From Paramecium tetraurelia (lineage: Eukaryota), in the NCBI GenBank assembly GCA_000165425.1, contig CT868018.1:13204-77203 (forward strand): a stretch of DNA of 64,000 nt. The letters are read 5' to 3'. Each line of letters opens with the position of its first letter. Within the stretch, counting starts at the first letter, position 1. A program made the position numbers and the translations under genes. The notes under the pieces were generated by a model that made no database searches, was not told the DNA's origin, and saw only the letters and a list, made by a program, of their open reading frames with translations. Below are positions 1 through 12,114 of the stretch, piece by piece.

Positions 1-872
1 AAACGAAGAATCCTAATAAATTTAATAACATCAATAATTATAAGGATATATCGATATTGATGGTCATTTTGTATCAAACTAAGCTGATAATACTTAAAAT
101 ACTAAATCTGAGCCTGCTGTCTAAACCAATTAGGAAGAAACTCAAAATAGCTAAGTGACTATAAGTGATGATTCTAACAATTTGTAAGCTACTACCTAGG
201 AAGGAGCACAATAATTAGTTTCAACCGATGCAGAAATTGATCCAATGTTCGATATGGAGAACTCAATGCCTTATGAATTCCCAGAAGATACATAAGTTTA
301 AGAAGAGTCAAAAGATTAAGACGGTGATAATCATTATTTGTCAGCCAGTTTAGAATTGTAAGTATTTACTATTTAAACTTAAGACCTATTCGAAATGAAA
401 ACTAAGTTTATGATTCATTAGGAAATTAAATCGATTCTTACGATGGAATGAGAACATACTTGTAAATCATTTTATAAATTTAGAGCGCTTGATATTGCAG
501 AATAGGATGACAATTAAGCCAACATCAGTGTGTAAGAAAAATAAGAAGATTGTATTGTGATCTATTCAAAATGCGATTTCTAAGGAGAAAGCTTACCAAT
601 TTGTGAGTCTTTGAAGGAAGTTGAGTAAAATTAAGCGAAATTTTAGGGATTTCTAATATGATATCAAGTCCATCTATTTACCTGAAGGATACTAAATGAC
701 AATATATTCTGAAGAGAACTATCAAGGATAATAAGTTACGTATTAAGAGAGTCAGAAGTGTTTAACATAAGCCATTTCACTTGCCTAATTAAGAGGAAGA
801 TAGACCCAGTAAATTTAGAATTAAGATCCAAATCAAAGTATTTTAACATCAAATCTAAGAATCAGATAATGA
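1..872 (+). CDS. 5'-truncated acidic/Q-rich protein with C-terminal beta/gamma-crystallin-like domain (candidate trichocyst/dense-core granule protein)
   Basis: Code-6 translation gives CIVIYSKCDFQGESLPIC...DIKSIYLPEGYQMTIYSEENYQGQQV, two Greek-key YxxxxF/YxG motifs. Probable tiny introns near 358-383, 463-484 and 620-646. TGA at 870-872. Confidence 0.65.
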
Positions 873-1059
873 TGATTAATTACAAAAAAATAAAATATTT
901 ATTAATTATTCGCAAATCTTAATTATACATTCAGCATATCAAGATGAATATGAATTGAAATCTCAATTTGATTTAACCATATTGAAGTAAGAATTATATA
1001 TAATATTCAATTGCTATGTTTTTTAAAATATTAAACAAACAATAGATTACTAAACCTAA

Positions 1060-2234
1060 TCATTTTTGAATAGCCTGAAAATCCTATTAAGTTCTTATGT
1101 GTTTCTTATTTTGTAGAATTGGTCGGTCTATAATATATTATTCAAATGGCTTCTCTTAATCTGATTTTTAAGCGATCTTCATTGGAGGAGGAGCTCCGAA
1201 TCCAAAGACTTACATACCTTTTGCTCTCTCTTTTACAGACTTTATATAAAATAAACTTTACTTGAGGTTAATTCGTATTTTAATTGGCCTAAGGAATTTG
1301 TAAATTACCTTAAGGTTTCTATTCATTTTAAGTTTAGGGTTTTATGGGTTATTCATTTTCAGTTTTGGGCTTAACAGGTTATTCATTCTAAGTTTATGGC
1401 TTAACAATCTATTCATTTTAGGGTTAGGGATTTGTAATCTATTCATCTTAACCTTACGACTAGTTTTATGATTAATTTATTGTTTATTATTATTCTTTTT
1501 AATCCTTAATTAATTATACTTAAGGTTTAATTTAAAATGGTTGGGAAATATTAGATTTTGATTCCAATTTTTGAGGAGAATTTTAATTTTATTAAATGAA
1601 AGGATTTGATTGTAGTTTATTTGGCTTTTATTCTTAGGGTTCACTTGGTTTGGTTTCATTTTAATTCTATATTTATTCCTACTTCTAAGAAGAATTTGAA
1701 TCTTCTTAAACAGAAGGATTTAATGCTTATACATTTGAATTCTAGTCTTTATTTGATTCATTAGCATTATTTATTTTTTCCTAGTCCTATGGATTTGAAT
1801 TTGTTGAGGCTTTATCTGAATTATAGATCTATAAATTTTATCTTTCCATTTTTATTGAATTATTAAGTTGTGGATCTGATTCATCTTTTTAACTTTATTA
1901 TTAATTTAAACTTGTAGTTTTCTTGAAGTCACCTTATTCATTAGTTTTTGTAGTTGCAATATCTTTTTTTTAATGCAAAGATCCATACATACCCACCTAG
2001 TTTTTAGGATTTTAAAAAGCATTCTCAACTACATTTACAAGTTATTTAGTATTTGCTGATGTAGTATTGTCACTTGTAGTTTATGGAATAGGCTTAGCAT
2101 TTGTATCTAAAATGGAATAAGGAAATACTTTGAATGTGCTGTTTTCTTGTAAATTAGCAATTTTTGCATTTTATTTAGAATCCAAAACTGGTATCGGTGG
2201 GATCTGCAAGAAAGTTATTGCAAACTTATTACAT
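1060..2234 (-). CDS. Q/N-rich protein with N-terminal CxxF...CKNCxxxxxxH putative zinc-binding motif and 10-aa tandem repeats
   Basis: ATG 2234 gives MQQVCNNFLADPTDTSFGFQIKCKNCQFTRKQH. One tiny intron (gtatttccttattccattttag). Frame is open to TGA at 1060-1062. Confidence 0.7.
1318..1450 (-). repeat. 30-bp coding tandem repeat, about 4.5 copies (PVKPKTENEQ-like)
   Basis: attcat recurs at 1321, 1351, 1381, 1411 and 1441. Encodes ITNPQPQNEQ/IVKPQTQNEQ/PVKPKTENEQ/PIKPQTQNEQ. Confidence 0.9.
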
Positions 2235-2242
2235 TAATTTTA

Positions 2243-3595
2243 ATGAATAAATAATTAGATTTTAATCTAAATTTTCCAAAGCATGACCAATCTAAGTTTC
2301 AATGCTATAATGAAGTTAAAAATGGGTTCTATTTAAACAATCCGAACGACGTTTATTACTTCGATGAGAATGAGGGATGGGCAGATTATAATGGATGTTA
2401 TTATGATAAAAATGGATGCCCTGCTGGATGGGTATTTGTGAGTTAGGGTAAATATACGAGATATAACATGAATTATGAGGAGATTAATAATGAAAATAAT
2501 AAGTATTATCATGAAACCATCTCTGAGGAGGAGATGTAAAAAAGATAATTTTAAGACTAAAATTCCTAGTAAAAAAGTTCCTGTCAAATGGATGAAAATT
2601 CTTAGTCAAATTAAAACGTAGATGAGTAATCTTAATCTATGAAACAACCTTTCGGAAGTTTGAAAGAACATCAATAAAATTTTTAAAGATATGTTCAGGA
2701 TAATAATATGCAGTTACATTAGACTTAGTTCTAATAAAGAAATTACTAAAAAGGATATTAAGCGGAATAATAAACTCAACTATAGAGTCACGATTATCAT
2801 AGAGACTAAAATTATAATTAAAACTAACATTGGAATAAGCCCTAAAATAAATTTAATTCTTATTAAAAAGACCAACACAATGATTATTAGAACAGGTAGC
2901 ATCATAATAATAATAAAAATTTTAATAATTAGGACAATAGAAATAGTCATGAATACTAATCTGAATCTAATTAAAATAGAAATTATTAGATAGATAATAG
3001 AAGTTATAATAATCATAATAATAACAGAAACCAAAACAATCAAAATCGTGATGATCCAAAATGCTTTGAATTGTATAACAATCAAAAATATGATTATAAA
3101 TTGAAAAATCCTTTCACAGAGTAAACATAATAATAGTAATTAATCTATAAAGATAAAAGAAGAAATGATGATTAAGATGTATATCCTAAAGTAGAAAATA
3201 GAAAAGAATAATCAATAAATTATAAATATAACTACTCTTTTTAGAAAAATGAAAAAGGCCAATAAAATAGGCATCCAGATTATAACAATTATCAAAATAA
3301 TTATAATCAATCTAAGAATGATAGATAAAAATTTCATAAAAATAATAATTATAAGTAGAATGGCAATTTTGGATCAATGAGAGAAAGAAATTAATACGAT
3401 GGCGACACCCAATAATAATTTCAATATGTTTTATGTAAAAACAATTCATAAGAATAATATGAATTTCATTAGCCGCACACTCAACCAATATAGTAATTTG
3501 AATAGAGTAGCAATTAAGTCCAAGATAAATAAGGAGCACCTGAGAAAAGAGAAAGAAAATCAAGATTAAATGATCCAATCGAATATTAATAGTGA
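2243..3595 (+). CDS. Hypothetical 450-aa protein with aromatic/Gly/Asp N-terminal domain and long Q/N/Y/H-rich low-complexity region
   Basis: Uninterrupted code-6 ORF of 1353 nt, ATG 2243 to TGA 3593-3595. N-terminus contains GFYLNNPNDVYYFDENEGWADYNGCYYDKNGCPAGW. Confidence 0.8.
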
Positions 3596-3738
3596 AAGAG
3601 TTGAACAATATTTCTTATTTTAATTCGAAAAAATATCTATTTACGATTAAAAAATATATATCAGGAAAATTAGAGATTATATATAAATGAAAGGGTGTTA
3701 TAATGAATAAAAACATATTTCTAAATAATTGTAATATT

Positions 3739-4692
3739 TCATTGCTTTTACACAATATTATATATTATTAATATTATGCCCATAAATTTTGAAGCTCTTT
3801 CAAATGAATTTTGTTACATTAACTTTTCATGATTTTCTGTTAAAATCTTTAAGGTTTTGATTCTTACATTCATTAACTCTACATTTTTATTTAAGGTTTT
3901 TCCCACCTATTCCTCAAATTTGTTAATTTCTTCAGAAATAAATGTTAGATTGCAAAAGTTGATATCACTAACTGATAATTACAATTTTTCATAATATAAT
4001 TTCAACTGAGATGAAACTAACAGCTAAGCATCTTCTTTATATTGTTCTGATTCATCTTTGAAGATCTTAATTCTCTATTCTAATTATGGTTGAATTGGAA
4101 GTTCAGTTATTTATTTTTCTTATTAAACCTAAACATTTTGTTATTAGACTTATTAAACAGCCAATTTAGGTACCTCTTTTTCTTACTACACTTAAGGTTT
4201 TGATTCTGATGCTTTTGATTAATTTGGCTTTTCTTCTCGGTTGCATTAGACGCACAATTTAACACCTTGTTTACTTTTCATGATTGGTTATAAACATTCA
4301 ATACAAGACTCACTCAACATAGCCCAGCCCTATAAAAGTAATTAACCTATTTTTTTTGATGCTTCATCAGCTGCAGCCTTGTTTACAAAAAATCTTGAAT
4401 TAAAATCTTCTACCTAATCATCAAATTAGAAATCATCTGAATCATAATCTTTATTGTTCTTCACATGAATAATCTCTGGTTTTGATTCTGAACCACTTTG
4501 ATTAGTTTTATTTTGAACATCTTAAGGATCTTAATCTAGAATCACTTAATCTTGAGAAATGATGTCACACTTGGGACAATATAAATTTCTGTTTTCAAGA
4601 AATATAAGCAATGTGCCTTTACATTCACAGACCATAGTAGTCAATTTCCAACCTTCATCAAGCTTTCTATTCATTCTTTGAAACTGGCTCAT
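3739..4692 (-). CDS. SSSCA1/ZNRD2 (Auto_anti-p27/UPF0148)-like protein with two zinc-ribbon repeats
   Basis: MNRKLDEGWKLTTMVCECKGTLL...YCPKC and DEASKKIGQLLLQGWAMLSESCIECLQPIMKSKQGVKLCVQC. 954-nt ORF. Confidence 0.8.
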
Positions 4693-4772
4693 TGTTAAAC
4701 TTAAATTTATTTAATAAAAGAATATATTTTTCCTTATCATCAAATATCAATAATCAATAAATACTCCTATAA

Positions 4773-5708
4773 TCAATATCTTAGCTTTTATGGGGTTAAT
4801 TTAGAAATGACGGCATTGTTCTACCTAATGACTTTGTCCATCTCATTTTTCCAATACTAAAGAATCATTAATTAATAAAAATTTTTACCTTTATTTCCTG
4901 TTGCAAATCGGTTATTTACTTACTAAATTGTTCTTTTAAAGTCTTTTCTTTTTCATTTTTTTTTATCAACTATTACTCATATTACCCTATTTTCATGTAC
5001 AAATTGGAGTTCTCACTCTATAATATTTTCAATTGCTCATTATTTTTATTGGCTTAATTAAGTTTTAATTCCATATCATTCAATTATTATTAAAAATTCT
5101 AGCAAACAATATATCAATCAATTTACCCTGTCTCTGGGTGTTTAAGTATTTTTTGTTGTTTTCTTTAACAGCTCAATTTCCTCCTAGTAAATCTATTCTT
5201 TTACAGCAAAGTCTTTAAACTTCTTTTAATAATCCGACAACGTTATATTGGATTATTGCATCAATCCTTCATATTTCTATATTACTTCCTATTCTTTTGT
5301 TTTATAATAATCTATTAAATTAACGGTTGAATTACCATCGTAATATTTTCTCAGCTTTTCTCTCTCGACATTATTCTCCTATTAATAGTAATACAGTTTA
5401 TTGAGTGCTTCCCTTGCAATATCCCCTTATCTTTTCAATTCTTCCAATAAATTTTTCTCATTCTATTTCAGATCCTTGATTTTACCTTCTTGATTTAAAA
5501 TTATCTTTTCAAGATCCTCTCTAATTTTAGTAAATTATTACTTGTTTTTAATCAAGGTCTCAAAACTCTACCTTAAATTCAAGACCTGCTCTTGATCCAC
5601 TATTGACTTAGATTTGACTTTTTTTTTGGAAGTTTTATCACTATTTTTATGTTTATCCTTCGGTTTCTTCTTTGAATCATTTGGATGAGTATTCTATCGT
5701 GTAGCCAT
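4773..5708 (-). CDS. Hypothetical coiled-coil protein
   Basis: ATG 5708 (MATRQNTHPNDSKKKPK), E/K/Q-rich heptads, probable intron near 4858-4888, TGA at 4773-4775. Confidence 0.65.
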
Positions 5709-6490
5709 CTATTTCTGATAAAGATATAATTAAATGATAAATGTTTATAAAACAATATTCTCTCTTATTCTATTTTTTATCAATTAAGTAATTTAATATT
5801 ATTTATTATCATTTTAAGACCAACACATTGTGGATCTTTTTGAGAAAATAAACTACTTGTTTTTAAGTTAGATATTAATTCAGGAATAATATACAAAAAA
5901 CAAAAGTCTCTATGTTATTGGATAATCAAAAAAATTGATTTATTGAAATAAATAATTTTTGTAATTGAGAATCTTAGCTAGGTTCTTCGGAAATAGAAAA
6001 TCAGTTGATATTGGTATGCTATTTAACATTTTATTATTATTAATTTTATTATAAAAAGCAATAAGTTTAAATATGATAGAGTAATCATTCCTTTAGAATT
6101 ATTATTAATGCCAAAATAATTAAAATTTTTGTAGTCAGGTTTCAATTCATATTTTATTATTCGTTTATTTATGCTCTTAATTCTCTAACTGGATCAATTA
6201 CTTTTAGTTATTGTTTGTAAGTATCTAAAAATTAAGTTGATTAAGGTAATGAATAATTAGAAAATCTAGTGAATAAAAAATATGATTCAAACTTTTATAA
6301 TAAGTCAAGTTTATGAGAAAATTTAAATTAAATTCTATATTTCCATAATGTGATAAAAATTATTATGAAATGAGTATCATTCACATTATTTTTGTAAAGA
6401 ATTCTAGCACTTGAAATAAATCTAAATTCATGTTTATAAATCAACATTTTTTTTTGATTTGATTATAATAATAATAATAAGATTAGTTTT

Positions 6491-7456
6491 ATGAAATAAT
6501 TTGAAGAATAAAGGAATAATTAGCACTTGAATTAATAAAACAATAAAATAACCTTAAAGAGAAGCGTTAGCCCTATTTGCAAATTAGTACTTTTTAACAA
6601 TCTTGGTTCAAATGCAAAAGTCTAAAAATCAATGAGAGCAAAGGATGATACTATAATTTTGGATGTTCAATTGTATTTAGAATAATAACATGAAAATAAA
6701 TGCGTGGTCACATTATATCTTTACAATGAACCAATTAAGGTTGATAAAAATACATATTTATTGCCTTTCTTATAAAAGCATAAGATTTAACAATTAGATT
6801 ATAAAACAGATTAGAAAACAGATTTAAATAGGTTATATTAAAGTGATATTGGAATCGAAGATGAAGGCCCTGGATTAGATTTAAAGTTAAATGAAAGAGA
6901 TTCATCATCTTGGGGATTAAATTTATCTAGATTGAAAAAAAGCTATTTATCGGGAGAAACTAATGACACATTGATTTAATAAATTAGTCCACGCAATCAA
7001 TAAGAATAATTACCTTGTTGGAAAGCGTCTCAGAATAATTCTTCAACTTAGTCATCAGTAAATATGGGATTATAACAAGAAGGCAAAAGTGATAATGATT
7101 CTTAATTTACTATTAAATCAATTGAGTGTCGTTATTGTAAATAAAGTTACAATAGTTAAGAGTTGAAAACGATACTTGTAAATGCCATTAAAAAAAATGT
7201 AATAGCTCTATGTCAGATGTGTTACTAAAAAATACCCAGATCTATGTACTCAAAGATAAAGGTAGCAGATAAAGAATATCATTATATAAAATTATCATTA
7301 GAACTAGAAATTCTTAAAAAGGATTTAATTCAAAAAATGGATATTTAGAAATGTTAATTTTGTAATTTTTTTTGTATTTGGGATAAGAGAAAGCAATCAA
7401 TTAACAGATTTTGTCCAAATTGCCTTTAAAATAGCATGATTTCTAAAAATTATTGA
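6491..7456 (+). CDS. Ubiquitin-like domain plus degenerate RING1/IBR-like zinc fingers (paralog A)
   Basis: 966-nt ORF. Ubl-like segment LVLFNNLGSNAKVQKSMRAKDDTIILDVQLYLE. C-terminal CRYC..CQMC..KCQFCNFFCIW..FCPNCL. Confidence 0.7.
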
Positions 7457-7541
7457 CTTTCCATTTGCACAAAGATTAATTAATAAAATGGATTTTGTTT
7501 TTCTATTAATTTATATTAAAAATTTAATATATTATCAACTT

Positions 7542-8843
7542 ATGGGAGGAATATCATCTTCAGGTACAAGCACTATTATAGGAAAAAAAGGATCAATATT
7601 AGTTACTTTTTATGACATGGATAAACCAGAAAATTAATCACATTAAGCAATGCGAATTACAGAAGAGACCACAATAAATAATATAATTTAATATATTAAA
7701 GAGAAACAAGATTGCTAAAATGTATCATTGTATTATGATTAAATTCCGATAGATGATCTGTCATTTTAATTATATGAATACCTTGATTTATTACCAAGTA
7801 GAAAATTTGGTTATAGAATTAATTAGATGTAATAATAAAATACAAAACAATCATAAGGCGACAAGCAATAAACTTCAATAAACAATCAGCAGTAACAATC
7901 TAAAATAACAATGACAAATCAAAAACTGCATCATGGTGAAGTAAATGGTCAAGATATACCTCCATATAAGACATAATTCAAAACACCTATCAATAATAAT
8001 AGTGATTTTAATCAACCAAAATAAGGGACATTAAAAGTAATTTCCTCCCAAACAGATAAAGGGCATATTATTGAGGATCAAAATATAAATTAAGGGAACA
8101 ATTATAAATCAGAGAAAACTAATGTTCTAAATATTTTTTTAAAATATACTCTATAAAAATATTAAGAAGCTAAATAATAAAGTATTTAATAGTAACGAGA
8201 TATGGAAAATAATTTTTAGCAGTTGCGGAGTATAAATAATAAATTGGAAAGTGAAAAATAAAATATGAGCAATTATATTGAAGATCTGAAGTGTAAGATT
8301 GAATCAATGTAAAATGGTTACAATAAAATAAAATAAGAAAATGAAGAATTGCAGCATAGAAATAAAATTTTATAATCTGAATTATAAAATTTCTCAAAAA
8401 AGAATGATTTACCAAATACTACTATTCAAAGTAATTTATCTACAGACCGATCTGCTATTATTAATGAATCCTAAATTATTGAAACGCAGTAAGTATTTAA
8501 AAATAAATGTGGACATCATTTAGAAGAATAAAAAATTTAAAATATATTAAAACAATCTTTATCAAATAAAACAATCGCTCATTGTTATTAATGCAAACCA
8601 TCAAAAATTTCAGGTCAAATTTTAATCAAGATGGAGCCTCTAGGTCAAGCATATAAAGAGTTTTAGGCTAATGAGGAGCTGAATTAATTATTGATAAATC
8701 TTAAATCGTAAAAAAAAACAATTTATAAATGCTCAAGAAATACTTGTAACTTCTTTTGTATTTTTAATAAGTCAAGTTAAATATCATCTGAAAATTCTTT
8801 TTGTCCCTCATGTTTGCTTAAAGGCATGAAGATAAGTGATTGA
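7542..8843 (+). CDS. Ubiquitin-like domain plus degenerate RING1/IBR-like zinc fingers (paralog B), MG N-terminus
   Basis: 1302-nt ORF. Ubl-like segment MRITEETTINNIIQYIKEKQDCQNVSLYY. C-terminal KCGH..HCYQC..KCSRNTCNFFCIF..FCPSCL. Confidence 0.7.
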
Positions 8844-9002
8844 ATATTATGAAATTTATGAGAAGTTTGCAAAATTAATTAATTTTTTATTTAAATTTAA
8901 TAATAAAATTAAATTAGATACTCTTTCTATGAAGATTAGAGTTAGATAATCAAAATAAGAAATAAAACAGATTTTGAAATAAATAATCTAATTTAATTAT
9001 AA

Positions 9003-11246
9003 TCATTTTGAAACTAAAGCAGCTGAATGGAAGTAACCAAGCGAAATTTATTTGATATTATTAATTTTTAATAAAACTGGTTCCTAATCTAAATCATCTT
9101 ATCCAAGACCAAGTTAATTATGAAAATTAAATCCCCACATATATGCTTATCCGTTCTTTGTTACTGTACAAGCATGTCTACATCCAGCAACTATCATATC
9201 ACCTTATATGGGCAAAGGAGTAGGCTCATAAATGTTGTCAGTTGTTGGCAACCCTAATCGCTTAAAGGAACCCTTTCCAAAGGCATAGATAATTCCTTTA
9301 GTATTTAAAACTAAGGTAAAAGAATCTCCACATTGAATTTGAGAAGCCCTATTGGAACTATTAAATTTATCTAATTAAGTAAACCAAGTCGCCACTTCAT
9401 CATCTGTACTAAAGGTTCCTAATTAGCCATCAATAGAAGTTCCAGCCATATAAACACATCCGTCATTCGTAACGACTCCCATGTGAGACACTCCTAAGCT
9501 TACCGATTTGATATCGTTTAAAGGCACTTATTCTGGTTCTGTAAGAATTCCTAAGGAATCTATCATGCATCTTCCATCTTAATTATTTCCAAAGGTGTAT
9601 AACATTCCTTCTTTCATAAATCCACTTTATGAATGGCCAGCATAAATGGATTCAACATCTTCTTAAATGGCTATTGGTTAATTGATTGATTGACAGTCTC
9701 CATTTCCTAATTGTCCATCATCTCCACAACCCCAAGAGTACAAATTGCCATCACAAATAGCCAAACTATGTTACCATCCACATGCAATTTAAGTAGCATT
9801 TCTCAAGTTTTCTATTTTTTTAGGTGTTAAAATAGTTTCATAATTTCCTAATCCTAACTATCCTTTTTGTCCTCTACCCCACGCATAAATAAAACCATTA
9901 CAAATAGCCAAAGTGTGGTGGAATCCACAACTTACCTATGAAAATTTATAGTTGCTAATTTCTTAAGGAATTTTACAGGTTTTTTCATCGCCAAATCCCA
10001 ATCTTCCATCTTATCCTGATCCCCAAATTAATAGTTTGTATTATGAATCTTCATTATTTGTATCCGATATACTTTGTTTCATCTCTTCCAATTAAATTGC
10101 AATGTTTCTTTCCAAAGTTGATATGGTATCTTACAAATCTTATTCATTTATTGTGAATTTGCTTAATTCCTTGTAATATTATTAAAGAAGTTCTGAGTAT
10201 TTATTTTAATACTTTTGTTCTAATTTGAGTAGAGCTTGAAACGAAGACTTACTTGATTATTACAAAGACTAAACATAAGTAAAAATGTTGAAATTTTATT
10301 AACAAGAACTTTAAAACTGCTAGTCCTACAATTCTTAGGTCTGTTTCTCTCCATTCACAATAGGAGTGTTTTTCACAATCTTTGCTCTTTGTGCAAATTA
10401 CAAAGTTGACAAGGTCTATGTATTATTTCCCGGAGAGATACAGCATATAAGAACAGTAATAGAATTCCCTCCCAATGAATTCTAAAGTAGTCTTGTCAAT
10501 TTTGAATCTCTATATGAAATATGCTATTATTTTTAATCTGTTAATTAATTGATAACGTTGGTTAAAGCTAACAAACTCTTATTGATATAACCTGTCTCAT
10601 GATTTATGTCATTTTCTGATGACACTCTCTCACTCCCAGCTAAATCAACTATATTTAAGCATGAATATCGAGAGCCATTTTCTATAAAAATCCGAAATAT
10701 TGTGTGTGATCTTGAACTTTTATCATGAATCTGAGTCTCTCTGTATATTCTTCTTTCTTCTCCTTCATTTAGTAATTGTATTGCTTAATCAAAACTATTG
10801 ACTGGGATTTACTTCAATTGTAAAGTTGTACCCCATTTTTAATCATTCACTATTTACAAAGTTGTGCATTTTGGATCCAAAAGATCATCAATAACTTCAT
10901 TGTATATTTGAACGTACTAAATTGAACATTTAACATTGTCATCTAAAAAAACATCTCTTAAGGCGCAAGGTAATATTCCAGGATTATCATGAGTGCCTAA
11001 GGTTGTGAATGTTTTCCCGGATGTAGTTTGTCCATAACACATTATTGTTGTATGATAGCCATTGAGCGCCTTCTTGACATTCTATTTGGCTATTTTATTA
11101 TAAAGAGTTTAAGTCCTTGTTTCACATTCTACCTAGTCAAATGTAAAAGATTTATTCTAAGAGTTTATATTATTCTTATTGACGAACCATTATGCATTTT
11201 TTTCATGTTTTAAAAGAGGACGAACTCTTATGCAAACTTATAACAT
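9003..11246 (-). CDS. Kinesin motor (kinesin-7/CENP-E-like) fused to C-terminal RCC1 repeats
   Basis: Intronless 2244-nt ORF. Motor motifs VCIRVRP, YGQTTSGKT, SSRSH, DLAGSE, YRDSKLTRLLQNSLGGN. RCC1 repeats such as WGSGQDGRLG, QVSCGFHHTLA, WGRGQKGQLG, IACGWQHSLA. Confidence 0.92.
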
Positions 11247-11694
11247 CCTTAAATTCAAATTTAAACTTTTATATATATAAATGAAAAGTTGTAATTTAAT
11301 ATATTTTGCATTTAATAAATTGAAAAGAACTTGTTAATTCTACTTACTCTCATTCAATGTAGGCGTACCATGAGTAGAAATATTTAACTTTTATATTAGG
11401 TTTTATTTTCAGCAAACCCTCAATTGCAATTTTGATTAAATAATTTAAAATAAATATAAATTTATTTCAAATATTTTATAATATCCAAACAAAATATAAA
11501 ATGTAAAATGTTTAAACACATATTTGATATATCAATTTATATCGTATTACATCTGAATTATTTCAATTTACTTCTAAAACTAAAATAGCTTTGTCAATCT
11601 ATCATTATTTTATATTAATTACTTGAATGCTTTAGTATATATATCGATCAATATTAATATGTTAGCCTTAATATTTAATACTTATTATTAAACA

Positions 11695-12114
11695 ATGAAA
11701 AACACCCATAAAATGAAAGGTTACCGTCTTGACACAAGAATTAATAAATCCGCTTACCTTGATTTTAAAAAATAGATGCTTCCATAAAAATTTGAAATTC
11801 CTCATGAAAGTCAGAAGCCCTTGGGAATACAATTCCTTCAAGCTAATTTGGATGATGAAAACTAGAAAAATAATCTTTTTGTAAGTCTTTTATCTAGCTC
11901 TTCTTAGAATGTGACATAATCACCATAATTGAAAAAATATCTAATCCAATCATGTATCACAGAATTTCCATTGTTATCATCATTAAATAAGATAGAATTG
12001 TATCTGAATAGATAAAAAAATGAATTAAAAGGATAATCCAAAGCCGAAGAAATGAAATCTTAGAAAAATCATAGCCAAAGCACTGAAGTGTACTCTGTAA
12101 ATAAAGTAGCTTGA
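11695..12114 (+). CDS. Small hypothetical protein
   Basis: ATG 11695, GT-AG intron 11881-11907, TGA 12112-12114. No recognisable motif. Confidence 0.55.

Noticed and set aside
1330..1430. Telomere-like TTAGGG/TTTGGG words
   Set aside because: Isolated hexamers inside a coding 30-bp repeat, not a tandem telomere tract.
1318..1450. Possible CRISPR-like array
   Set aside because: Contiguous degenerate coding repeats without unique spacers, in a eukaryotic context with no cas genes.
2333..3608. Hydrophobic Ile-rich ORFs in the supplied track (2333-2587, 2691-2993, 2780-3085, 3312-3608)
   Set aside because: Off-frame or antisense shadows of the Q/N-rich code-6 gene at 2243-3595.
5709..6490. Long AT-rich gaps (also 16741-17464, 39130-39710, 48250-48933) as retained IESs or transposon remnants
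   Set aside because: No TA-bounded inverted consensus ends or transposase motifs could be established by eye. A MIC/MAC comparison would be needed.
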